A stretch of DNA of 64,000 bases from an uncultured Anaerolineales bacterium (GTDB lineage Bacteria > Chloroflexota > Anaerolineae > Anaerolineales > UBA11858), in the NCBI GenBank assembly GCA_964481465.1, contig CAYZTL010000008.1, positions 78,663 through 142,662 on the forward strand, given 5' to 3'. Shown here piece by piece: positions 18,902 to 27,932 of this stretch; within the stretch, counting starts at the first letter, position 1, and each line of letters begins with the position of its first letter. The notes under the pieces are model-generated. The model saw only the letters and a program-made list of their open reading frames with translations. It had not been told where the DNA came from and made no database searches. The translations under genes and the position numbers were made by a program.

Positions 18902-20925
18902 AAAAATCCCGTGTGTTGACTGGTTTTTTGATTTTAGGGGCACTCGTCCTTAGTGTTTATCTGTGCGCTGCCATAGGTTTGATCGGCGTGAACATTCACC
19001 TACTGGCAAGGGGAAGAGACGAAGGGGTGAAGAAAGAATTACACGTCCAATCCCTTCCTGTATCGACAGCGGAAATACCCTCCCATGAAGGTAAGGAAGT
19101 CGTTGATCCCAGTACCTTAAATATCCTGGAGAGCGAAGTCATTCCCATCAATGACCCCATTTCTCTTGCCATCCGATTGGGACACAAAGACAGGGTACCT
19201 GTAAAAAAACCCGTGAAGGATATGCACCGCAGGGTGGGTGAACGAGAAGCGTTTTGGGTCACCAATGTGGACACAGCCCAGAATTTTCAGGTGAACACCC
19301 GGTTGGCTGCCATCACGGATCATGCGTATTATTGGATTGAAGAGGGTGTAGAGTATTCCGAAGAAGAATTGAACAGGTTAGCGGAGGAGTTTGAAGAGGA
19401 GATATACCCCACAAATCATGCCTTTTTTGGCACAGAATGGACGCCGGGCGTCGACGAAGATCCTCATATCTATATTATTTACGCAGAGGGATTGGGGGAA
19501 AGTGTTGCCGGTTATTTTTCTTCTGTAGATGAGTATCACCCTATAGCCCATAAATATTCCAATGCTCACGAAACCTTTATGCTCAATGCTGATAATATCT
19601 CTTTGGTCGATCAATATACTTATGGTGTTTTCGCGCATGAATTCCAGCACATGATCCATTGGTACCGGGATCGAAATGAGACAGCGTGGTTGAATGAAGG
19701 GTTTTCTGAGTTAGCTACCTTACTCAATGGGTATCGTTTCCTGGGAGGATTTGACACCCTATACGCCCAAGACCCTGATCTGCAACTAAACGATTGGCCT
19801 AATGAGCCCAGTCAGACAGTCCCTCATTATGGCGCCTCCTATTTATTTGTGACATATTTTTTAGATCGTTTTGGAAAGGAAGCCACGCAGGCCTTGGTGG
19901 CCGATGATCTAAACGGTCTCGCGAGCGTAGACAACGTGCTTCTAAAACTAGAGATTCTGGACCCATCCGGAGGTCATTACCTGGATGGTGATGATTTCTT
20001 TCTGGATTGGGTGATTACCAATTTCATCAAGGATGAACATACCCAGGACAGCAAATTCCAATACCATAATTATCCCGAAGCGCCCCTTTTTAAAGCGACA
20101 GAAACTGTGGATGGATGTCCGACCAATCCTATTTCCGGTGATGTCCATCAATATGGAGTGGATTACGTCCAAATCCAGTGTGAAGGCGATTACGTTTTAA
20201 CATTTGAGGGACAGGAAACGGTTCCCCTTCTGCCTGCAGATCCCCGTTCGGGGAAGTATGCATACTGGTCAAATAAAGGGGATCAATCTGACATGACCTT
20301 GACGAAGGAATTCGATTTTCAGCAGCTGACTGGACCTTTGACGCTGCAGTATTGGACCTGGTACGATCTAGAAGAGGACTATGATTATCTGTATGTGGAG
20401 GCTTCCGTGGACGGGGAAAACTGGACCATCCTCAAAACCCCTTCAGGTACAGATGAGGATCCCTCTGGAAACAGCTATGGATGGGCGTATAATGGGTTGT
20501 CTAATGGAGATGGCAGTTGGATCCTGGAGGAAATCGATATTTCGGAATATGCGGGCAAGAGAGTCCACCTTAGATTTGAATACATCACGGATGCCGCTGT
20601 GAATGGGGAAGGTTTCTTAGTGGATGATTTAGCCATACCCGAAATGGGTTATTCGGTAGACTTTGAGGATGGCCAGGGAGGGTGGAAAGGTGATGGTTTC
20701 GTCCGCGTCCAAAATGTACTTCCGCAAACCTATCGGCTGGCGCTTATTCAACTTGGGAGATCCCCCGGCATCCAATATTTAACACTCTCTGATGATAATC
20801 AGATAAATTTACCTCTCCGTTTTGGGGAAGGAGTTGAAAAGCAGATCCTGGTTGTCACGGGAACGACCAGGTTCACCAGGCAAAAAGCGACTTACGAATT
20901 TCAGATCCTTAACAATGGAGAATAG
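18898..20925 (+). CDS. Membrane-anchored extracytoplasmic zinc metallopeptidase (MA-clan gluzincin) with a C-terminal beta-sandwich domain
   Basis: N-terminal TM 'VLTGFLILGALVLSVYLCAAIGLIGV'. 'FAHEFQHMIHW...AWLNEGFSE' is HExxH plus a downstream NEGF Glu, as in M1 / Peptidase_MA_2. C-terminal 'YDYLYVEASVDGENWTIL'. TTG start with a TTGA overlap. Confidence 0.6.
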   Translation: MKKSRVLTGFLILGALVLSVYLCAAIGLIGVNIHLLARGRDEGVKKELHVQSLPVSTAEIPSHEGKEVVDPSTLNILESEVIPINDPISLAIRLGHKDRVPVKKPVKDMHRRVGEREAFWVTNVDTAQNFQVNTRLAAITDHAYYWIEEGVEYSEEELNRLAEEFEEEIYPTNHAFFGTEWTPGVDEDPHIYIIYAEGLGESVAGYFSSVDEYHPIAHKYSNAHETFMLNADNISLVDQYTYGVFAHEFQHMIHWYRDRNETAWLNEGFSELATLLNGYRFLGGFDTLYAQDPDLQLNDWPNEPSQTVPHYGASYLFVTYFLDRFGKEATQALVADDLNGLASVDNVLLKLEILDPSGGHYLDGDDFFLDWVITNFIKDEHTQDSKFQYHNYPEAPLFKATETVDGCPTNPISGDVHQYGVDYVQIQCEGDYVLTFEGQETVPLLPADPRSGKYAYWSNKGDQSDMTLTKEFDFQQLTGPLTLQYWTWYDLEEDYDYLYVEASVDGENWTILKTPSGTDEDPSGNSYGWAYNGLSNGDGSWILEEIDISEYAGKRVHLRFEYITDAAVNGEGFLVDDLAIPEMGYSVDFEDGQGGWKGDGFVRVQNVLPQTYRLALIQLGRSPGIQYLTLSDDNQINLPLRFGEGVEKQILVVTGTTRFTRQKATYEFQILNNGE

Positions 20926-21035
20926 GAAATCCTTTCCTAATCGAAAGATATGGGTTGTGATTGGAAGGGGACCGTTCACCTTATTAACGGCGCGTTTTTC
21001 TGAGCTAACATGAAGGTTTAAAGGGTTTTTGAAGA

Positions 21036-21266
21036 CTACTTTTCCACTTTTTTCGTTGCGGGTTTCTTCAGTTCGTCAAGCTGCTTCTCGAGCTCAATGC
21101 GTCTCTTTGTGGCTGCTTCTTTGATCTCAATTTGGATGTTCTTCGCTTTTGATTCCAATTCCTTTCGCAATTCCTCACCGGAAGAAGGTGCCAGTAACAA
21201 GGCTGCGATACTACCGACAATCCCTCCCAAAATTGCACCAAGAACGAAGTTGAAAGCTTTCTTCAT
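21036..21266 (-). CDS. YtxH-like small membrane-anchored protein
   Basis: 'MKKAFNFVLGAILGGIVGSIAALLLAPSSGEELRKEL...'. The ATG at 21266 is preceded by AGGAG. The track ORF extends further upstream with no support. Confidence 0.65.
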   Translation of the reverse strand: MKKAFNFVLGAILGGIVGSIAALLLAPSSGEELRKELESKAKNIQIEIKEAATKRRIELEKQLDELKKPATKKVEK

Positions 21267-21362
21267 AACGAACTCCTTTATGGGTTTGATGTTTGTCTTA
21301 TTATAATTTAGCTTGATGGAAAACGAAATGGGTGCTGAAATTTTGTTGGCATACACCTATCG

Positions 21363-22367
21363 ATGATTGATCCCAAACTTCCTCTCATTGATCTCCATCG
21401 CCATCTAGATGGAAATGTCCGTCTGGAGACGATCCTGGAACTCGGTAAAAAGCACGAACTCCCCCTTCCTGCCTGGAGTGTTGAAGGGTTGAGGCCGTAT
21501 GTCCAGGTGATGAAATCCACAACGGGTGTGATGGATTTCATCCAAAAATTCGAATGGATGGTTGGGGTTCTGGTGGATTATGACGCCTGCCGGCGCATTG
21601 CATTGGAGAATGTGGAAGACGCATACATAGAGGGCTTGGATTATGTCGAACTGCGATTCAGTCCTCTGTTTATGGCCCAGCCCCATGACCTGGACCCTGA
21701 GAAGGTGGTCGAAGGGGTGGTAGCAGGGATTGAGCTGGGGCGAAAGAAATTTGATATCAAAGTGAATCTGATTGGGATTATCAGCCGTACGTTTGGCGTA
21801 GAACGGGCCTGGGTGGAGTTAGAATCTCTGCTGAGTCATCAGGAAAGCATTGTCGCTTTGGATTTGGCAGGTGATGAAAAGAATTACCCTGGGGATTTGT
21901 TCGTCGAGCATATTCAGAAAGGCCGCTCCGCAGGGTGGAATATAACCATCCATGCAGGTGAAGAGGCGGGGTCGGAAAGTGTGTGGCAGGCGTTGGAGGA
22001 ATTACATACGGATCGCATCGGTCACGGGATCAGCGCCGTCAAGGATCCGGATTTGATGGAGAGGCTGAAGGAGGAGCGAATTGGTTTGGAAATCAACTTA
22101 ACCAGCAACCTCCAAACCAATGTGGTCCCTTCCCTTCACGAACACCCTCTCCGTGTATTTCTTGAACGCGGCATACTGGCCACCATAAACACCGATGACC
22201 CGGGGATCAGCGGCATAGATCTCCGTCATGAATATACCCGGGCTGCACCTGCGGCAGATCTGTCACCGAAACAAATCAGGCAGGTCCAGAGGAACGCTTT
22301 AGCGGCAGCTTTTTTAACGGAGGATGAGAAGGATGCGTTAATGAGGAAAAAGGGCAGGGATCGATGA
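21363..22367 (+). CDS. add: Adenosine deaminase
   Basis: 'LIDLHRHLDGNVR', 'ITIHAGE', 'DRIGHG', 'INTDDP'. These cover the metal and catalytic motifs. Confidence 0.9.
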   Translation: MIDPKLPLIDLHRHLDGNVRLETILELGKKHELPLPAWSVEGLRPYVQVMKSTTGVMDFIQKFEWMVGVLVDYDACRRIALENVEDAYIEGLDYVELRFSPLFMAQPHDLDPEKVVEGVVAGIELGRKKFDIKVNLIGIISRTFGVERAWVELESLLSHQESIVALDLAGDEKNYPGDLFVEHIQKGRSAGWNITIHAGEEAGSESVWQALEELHTDRIGHGISAVKDPDLMERLKEERIGLEINLTSNLQTNVVPSLHEHPLRVFLERGILATINTDDPGISGIDLRHEYTRAAPAADLSPKQIRQVQRNALAAAFLTEDEKDALMRKKGRDR

Positions 22368-23104
22368 AGAAAGCCATGGTATTGTCTGTCGGTATGCCCC
22401 GGGCGGGATCAGGGTGGTTCTATAATCTCACCCATGATTTGGTTGTCGCTGCGGGGGGAGCTGATGCAAGGGAAACTCGCAGGAGGTATCACCTGCAGAA
22501 AATATTGACGGAAGTGAATTGCAATATGGGGACATTGACCTTTTATCGCCTGATCCCGGTGATGCTTCCCCTGGTTTTTGAGGACAGTTATACGATCAAG
22601 CTGCATGCAAAAAGGAAGCCTTTGGCTGGACTCTTTATGAAAATGGGGCTCATCAAACCCACTTATATTTACCGGGACCCCAGAGATGCTTTGCTCTCCG
22701 CTTATGAATACGGACAGAGGATGAGGGATCAAGGTAAAACGAACGCGTTCACACCCTTGACATCCATTGAACAGGCCATTGAATTCATGGAGTTATATGT
22801 TCAGGTCGGGAGAGGTTGGCTGTCTTTGGATTCAGCATTTCATATCCAGTATGAAGAATTATTGCAGGATTATGAAGAGAAAGTGGAGGAATTAATCCGT
22901 TATCTGGGCCTCGAGGATAAAAGATCGGCCTTTGATGAAGTCATTGATCGATATCGACCTGAGCAGGGCAGTCCTGACCAGCAAGGGACCCATTTCGTAA
23001 AGGGTAAGATCGGGCGTCATCGAGAAATATTTTCAGAGCGTGAAAAAGCAATCTGCGAACGAAAATTTGGAGCATTTTTAAGGGATGGGGATTATGAAAT
23101 ATAA
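22364..23104 (+). CDS. Sulfotransferase family protein (no. 3)
   Basis: 'GMPRAGSGWFYN' (5'-PSB-like loop) and 'YIYRDPRDALLS' (3'-PB). ATGA overlap with the add stop. Confidence 0.7.
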   Translation: MKKAMVLSVGMPRAGSGWFYNLTHDLVVAAGGADARETRRRYHLQKILTEVNCNMGTLTFYRLIPVMLPLVFEDSYTIKLHAKRKPLAGLFMKMGLIKPTYIYRDPRDALLSAYEYGQRMRDQGKTNAFTPLTSIEQAIEFMELYVQVGRGWLSLDSAFHIQYEELLQDYEEKVEELIRYLGLEDKRSAFDEVIDRYRPEQGSPDQQGTHFVKGKIGRHREIFSEREKAICERKFGAFLRDGDYEI

Positions 23105-23261
23105 CCCGGTATCAGATTTGTAAATCCATCCACTTGTTATTTTCTCTCATTTAAGTGATAATTAGACTGCTGCTCAGATATGCCAGTGAACTGAGACAGC
23201 GGAACGAAACAAAATCTCATAGTATGTGAATTGTAGGCCCCTACCCCACAAGGAGGGTACC

Positions 23262-24131
23262 ATGTCTTCTTCTTCCCTATCTGAGAGAAAAGTTACTACA
23301 AGCACGTTCCGTGTCAAAAAGGAGCACGGAGAGCTTTTGACCATGCTTACTGCCTATGATTATCCGACAGCATTGGCTGTGGATCAGGCAGGTATCGATT
23401 CGATCCTGGTTGGTGATTCGCTGGGTATGGTTGTGCTTGGTTATGAAAACACCCTACCCGTGACCATGGAAGAGATGCTCCATCATTGCCGGGCGGTGTC
23501 CAGAGGGGCATCTCGGGCTTTGCTCATCGGGGATATGCCTTTCATGTCCTACCAGGTGAGTGTGGAAGATGCTGTCTGGAATGCGGGGCGGTTCTTGCAG
23601 GAAGCGGGGATGGACGCTGTCAAGTTAGAAGGGGGAGAGGAACGCCTGGATGCGATACGGAAGATCCTCGACGCGGGCATTCCCGTCTTGGGTCATCTTG
23701 GACTCACACCGCAGAGCGTCCACAAACTGGGCGGCTTCAAGGCGCAAGGAAAAACCGCGGCGGCAGCCCGGAAGCTTCTCGAGGACGCCCTCTTGCTGGA
23801 AGAGGTGGGCTGTTTTGGGATCGTCCTGGAATCCGTATCTGCCCGCCTGGCCCGTTTTGTCTCCGAGCAACTCGTGATCCCCACGATTGGCATAGGGGCT
23901 GGCGGGGGATGTGACGGCCAGGTCCTGGTCACCCACGATTTACTGGGCCTGTTCGACAAGTTTGTACCCAAATTTGTGAAACAATATGCCTCCTTACATG
24001 AAGTCATGTCCCAGGCTCTGACGTCTTATAAAGAGGAGGTGGAGCAAGGGCTGTTCCCCAAAGAGGAGCACACGTTCTCGATCTCTGATGAAGAATGGGA
24101 CTTGTTTCTTGAACAAGTAGGCGAGGATTGA
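23262..24131 (+). CDS. panB: 3-methyl-2-oxobutanoate hydroxymethyltransferase
   Basis: 'LTAYDYPTA', 'VGDSLGMV', 'KLEGG'. The ATG at 23262 follows AAGGAGGG. The track start at 23226 is GTG. Confidence 0.9.
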   Translation: MSSSSLSERKVTTSTFRVKKEHGELLTMLTAYDYPTALAVDQAGIDSILVGDSLGMVVLGYENTLPVTMEEMLHHCRAVSRGASRALLIGDMPFMSYQVSVEDAVWNAGRFLQEAGMDAVKLEGGEERLDAIRKILDAGIPVLGHLGLTPQSVHKLGGFKAQGKTAAAARKLLEDALLLEEVGCFGIVLESVSARLARFVSEQLVIPTIGIGAGGGCDGQVLVTHDLLGLFDKFVPKFVKQYASLHEVMSQALTSYKEEVEQGLFPKEEHTFSISDEEWDLFLEQVGED

Positions 24132-24133
24132 TC

Positions 24134-25048
24134 ATGGATAAGATCCTGATTGTCGGAACGGGTGCCTTAGCGAACTTGTTTGGAGCGCGATTGTCGGAGG
24201 CGGGTCTTAAAGTAATCTTGTTGGGAACCTGGAAGGAGGGGCTGGCGGCGCTGCGGGAGCACGGCATACGATTGGACACCCCTCAAGGCGAAAGGAATTA
24301 TCCGGTCCAGGTGGCTTCCGATCCGGAAGAATTAGAAGGGGTTCGTTATGCGCTGGTGCTGGTCAAGTCCTGGCAAACCGCTCGGGCAGCCAGTCAGCTT
24401 GCAGATATGTTGGATCCGGACGGAATCGCCCTTTCCCTTCAGAATGGGCTGGGAAATCGGGAGGTATTAGGGGAGGAGCTGGGCCAAATGCGGGCTGCGC
24501 AAGGGGTGACGACGACGGGAGCTACCCTGCTCGGTCCCGGTCATGTCCGGCCGGGCGGGGAAGGGATCATCTCTGTGGGAGATCACCCGCGTTTACCCCC
24601 CTTGATTGGCGCTTTGAAAAAGGCCGGTTTTAAGGTGGAAACCGTGGATGATGTGGCTGCTTTGATCTGGCGAAAGCTGCTGATTAATGTGGCCATCAAC
24701 CCCCTCACTGCCATCTTGGGGGTTCCCAACGGAGGACTCTTAGCGAGTGACTCCGCGCGAAGATTGATGGCGCTTGCGGTGCGGGAAGTGGAAGAGGTCG
24801 CTGAAGCTTACGGCATCGAGCTTGGATTTGACGATCCTCTGGGTCTGGCGGAGGAGGTGGCTCGAAAAACAGCCCAGAACCGCTCCTCCATGCTTCAGGA
24901 TATTTCCCGGGGAGCGCCGACGGAAATCGATGCCATTTGTGGAGCTGTCCATAGGGCAGGTCAAGATATGGGGGTGTCCACCCCGGTTAATCGCACCTTG
25001 ACTTTATTGGTCAAGGCTTTAGTTGACTTTGACGAGGAAGGTAAATGA
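24134..25048 (+). CDS. panE: 2-dehydropantoate 2-reductase
   Basis: 'KILIVGTGALANLFGARL' and a C-terminal ApbA/PanE-like 'SSMLQDISRGAPTEIDAI'. The ATG at 24134 is preferred; the track start at 24128 is TTG. Confidence 0.8.
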   Translation: MDKILIVGTGALANLFGARLSEAGLKVILLGTWKEGLAALREHGIRLDTPQGERNYPVQVASDPEELEGVRYALVLVKSWQTARAASQLADMLDPDGIALSLQNGLGNREVLGEELGQMRAAQGVTTTGATLLGPGHVRPGGEGIISVGDHPRLPPLIGALKKAGFKVETVDDVAALIWRKLLINVAINPLTAILGVPNGGLLASDSARRLMALAVREVEEVAEAYGIELGFDDPLGLAEEVARKTAQNRSSMLQDISRGAPTEIDAICGAVHRAGQDMGVSTPVNRTLTLLVKALVDFDEEGK

Positions 25049-25878
25049 AATCCGTTGAGACGTTTTCTGAACTGAGAGAAGCTAGAAGCAAGCTGCTGGA
25101 ACCGGTGGGCTTTGTGCCCACCATGGGATACCTGCATGAAGGGCATTTGTCCCTGGTCAGAAAAGCGCGCCAAGAATGTGCCAGCGTGGTGGTCAGTATC
25201 TATGTCAACCCCACGCAATTCGCGCCGGAAGAAGACCTGGAAAATTACCCCCGAGACATTGAGCGGGACGGGTCTTTACTGAAGGCGGAGAATGTGGATC
25301 TGGTTTGGAATCCGGATAACGAGGAGATGTATCCGGAAGATTATCAAAGTTGGGTAATTGTCGAAGAGGTCACGAAACCGTTGGAGGGCGCCGAACGCCC
25401 CACTCACTTTAAAGGGGTGACGACCATTGTTGCCAAGCTTTTTAATGCCGTTCGGCCCCAAAAGGCGTATTTTGGCCAGAAGGACGCCCAACAAGCGGTG
25501 GTCATTCAACAGATGGTTCGGGATCTCAATTATCCCTTAGAAATCGTGGTTTGCCCCATCATCCGTGAGCCTGATGGGTTGGCCATGTCCAGCAGAAATA
25601 AATATTTGGACGAAGAAGAGCGGGAAGCGGCGCTGTGTTTGTCCCAGGGGCTGTTTCAGGCGCAAGAAGCGTTTCAAGACGGTTTGAGGGATGCGGATGC
25701 TTTGCGGGAAATCGTTGCCAATCGCGTCAAAGAGGAACCGCTGGCTGAGCTCCAGTACGTCTCCTGTGCAGATCCAGAAACGCTGGAAGAATTGTCCGGC
25801 GAGATAGAAAAAGGGCTGTTATCGATGGCGGTTTTGGTTGGTGAGACGCGCTTGATCGATAATGTGATCTTAGAGTGA
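25045..25878 (+). CDS. panC: Pantoate--beta-alanine ligase
   Basis: 'PTMGYLHEGHLSLV' and 'FGQKDAQQ'. ATGA overlap with panE. Confidence 0.92.
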   Translation: MKSVETFSELREARSKLLEPVGFVPTMGYLHEGHLSLVRKARQECASVVVSIYVNPTQFAPEEDLENYPRDIERDGSLLKAENVDLVWNPDNEEMYPEDYQSWVIVEEVTKPLEGAERPTHFKGVTTIVAKLFNAVRPQKAYFGQKDAQQAVVIQQMVRDLNYPLEIVVCPIIREPDGLAMSSRNKYLDEEEREAALCLSQGLFQAQEAFQDGLRDADALREIVANRVKEEPLAELQYVSCADPETLEELSGEIEKGLLSMAVLVGETRLIDNVILE

Positions 25879-25900
25879 ATTATGGGGATCGGGTAGGGAT

Positions 25901-26665
25901 ATGCTGTTAACCATCGATGTCGGAAATACGAATATATCCATGGGGATCTATGAAGGGAAAGATCTTGGACCTCGTTGGCGGGTATCCACGGATCATGACC
26001 GGATGCCCGACGAATATGGGTTGCAGATCTTAGGTCTTTTAGAACATGATCATCTCAGCCCTGAGGACTTAACCGGGGTATGCATGGCATCCGTAGTTCC
26101 CCCCTTAACGAGCAGGATCATTCAAGCGAGCCAAGAGTACCTAAACCAGGAACCATTGGTCGTTGACGCGGGGGTGAAAACCGGCGTCCGCATCTTATAT
26201 GAGACCCCCCGGTCGGTGGGGGCGGACCGGATCGTGGACGCAGCGGCAGTCCAGGCACTGTATGGGGGTCCGGCCTGTGTCGTTGACTTTGGGACGGGAA
26301 CGACTTTTGATGCGATTTCAAAAGAGGGCGACTATTTGGGAGGCGCGATTGCCCCGGGAATCAGCATCGCTGCGGATGCGCTGTTCCAAAGGGCGGCGAA
26401 ATTACCCCGGGTGGATTTGACCCACCCTCCCTCAGTGATCGGGAAAAATACACCGCACGCCATGCAGTCCGGTTTGATTTATGGATATGTAGGCTTGGTG
26501 GAGGGTATGGTAGCCCGGTTCCGAAAAGAGCTGGGTCCGGAGATGAAAGTGATCGCCACCGGCGGTTTAACGGAAATCATCGCCAAAGAAACGGACGTCA
26601 TCGATATCGTTGCCCCCTGGCTGACATTGGACGGCTTACGGGTCATTTGGGATATGAATCAATAG
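25901..26665 (+). CDS. coaX: Type III pantothenate kinase
   Basis: 'LLTIDVGNTN', 'VVDFGTGTTFD', 'ATGG'. Confidence 0.9.
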   Translation: MLLTIDVGNTNISMGIYEGKDLGPRWRVSTDHDRMPDEYGLQILGLLEHDHLSPEDLTGVCMASVVPPLTSRIIQASQEYLNQEPLVVDAGVKTGVRILYETPRSVGADRIVDAAAVQALYGGPACVVDFGTGTTFDAISKEGDYLGGAIAPGISIAADALFQRAAKLPRVDLTHPPSVIGKNTPHAMQSGLIYGYVGLVEGMVARFRKELGPEMKVIATGGLTEIIAKETDVIDIVAPWLTLDGLRVIWDMNQ

Positions 26666-26706
26666 ATGGAGATGGCAGATCGATTGATGGAGAAGGAGTG
26701 CAATCC

Positions 26707-27927
26707 ATGAACGTGTTTCAGGGAAAGAGGGTTGTCCTGGGAGTAACGGGATCCATTGCGGCGTATAAGATCGTCACCTTGGCTTCACGGTTGACCCAAA
26801 AGGGGGCTCTGGTGGATGTGGTCCTTACGGATGCGGGTGCAAAGTTGGTGCCGGCGATCACTTTTGAGTCCGTCACGGGGAGAAAAGCTTATCGGGAGGA
26901 AGATCTGTGGGGCGGGGGAGAGCATGTTCTGCATATTGAATTGGGGGAGAGAAACGATGTTTTCCTGATCGCCCCTGCGACAGCGAATACGATTGCCAAA
27001 CTCGCCCATGGGATCGCAGACAATTTACTGACCGTATGCGCCTTGGCATCCCGGACACCCCTCTTGGTCGCCCCCGCTATGGACGGGGGCATGTTCGCCA
27101 ATCCAGCAACCCAGCAGAACCTATCCACTGTGGAGGAGAGGGGGATGAAGATCCTCGGTCCGGCGGAGGGCCACCTCGCATCCGGTTTAAGAGGGAAAGG
27201 GCGCATGCTGGAACCTTTGGAGCTCTTAGGCCATGTGCGTCTGGCGTTATCTGCAGGGGGGCCTCTGTCCGAGAAGAGGGTCCTGGTCACCGCCGGTGGC
27301 ACACAAGAGCCGATCGATCCTGTGCGCGTGATCACCAACCGCTCATCAGGGAAACAAGGATATGCGCTGGTTCAGGCGGCCTTGGATTTGGGAGCTGAGG
27401 TGGATTTGATCACTGCTCCCTCCGCTCTGGATGAACCCGTCGGGGCAAATGTTCGCCAGGTGTCCAGGGCGGAAGAGATGAAAAAAGCTGTCCTTGAACA
27501 ACTCCCTGAGGTGGATATCCTGGTCATGGCTGCAGCCGTCGCGGATTATAAACTGGTGGAGAGGGCTAAAGGGAAAATAAAAAAGGAAGATCAAGATCAA
27601 CTCCAGATCAGTTTACAACATACGCCGGATATCCTCCATGCAGTCGCGGATTTCAGAGCCCAGCATGGCAAACCTGAAGTCAGCGTCGGGTTCGCGGCGG
27701 AAACGGACCACTTGATAGAAAACGCCAGGGAGAAATTATCCATAAAAAAGCTGGATTTGATGGTGGCGAACGATGTCACCGCGCAGGATGCGGGGTTTGA
27801 TGTAGATACCAACCGGGTGACGTTGTTGTGGAAAGACGGTCGCGTGGAGGAATTACCCCTACTGGAGAAGACGGAAGTGGCCTCCCGGGTCATGGATGTC
27901 GTCGTCCACCTGTTGGAGAAATCCTAA
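26707..27927 (+). CDS. coaBC: Bifunctional phosphopantothenoylcysteine decarboxylase / phosphopantothenate-cysteine ligase
   Basis: 'VVLGVTGSIAAYK', 'APAMDGGM', 'GGTQEPIDPVRVITNRSSGKQG'. The ATG at 26707 follows GAAGGAG. The track start at 26647 is TTG, inside coaX. Confidence 0.9.
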   Translation: MNVFQGKRVVLGVTGSIAAYKIVTLASRLTQKGALVDVVLTDAGAKLVPAITFESVTGRKAYREEDLWGGGEHVLHIELGERNDVFLIAPATANTIAKLAHGIADNLLTVCALASRTPLLVAPAMDGGMFANPATQQNLSTVEERGMKILGPAEGHLASGLRGKGRMLEPLELLGHVRLALSAGGPLSEKRVLVTAGGTQEPIDPVRVITNRSSGKQGYALVQAALDLGAEVDLITAPSALDEPVGANVRQVSRAEEMKKAVLEQLPEVDILVMAAAVADYKLVERAKGKIKKEDQDQLQISLQHTPDILHAVADFRAQHGKPEVSVGFAAETDHLIENAREKLSIKKLDLMVANDVTAQDAGFDVDTNRVTLLWKDGRVEELPLLEKTEVASRVMDVVVHLLEKS

Positions 27928-27932
27928 ATCTA

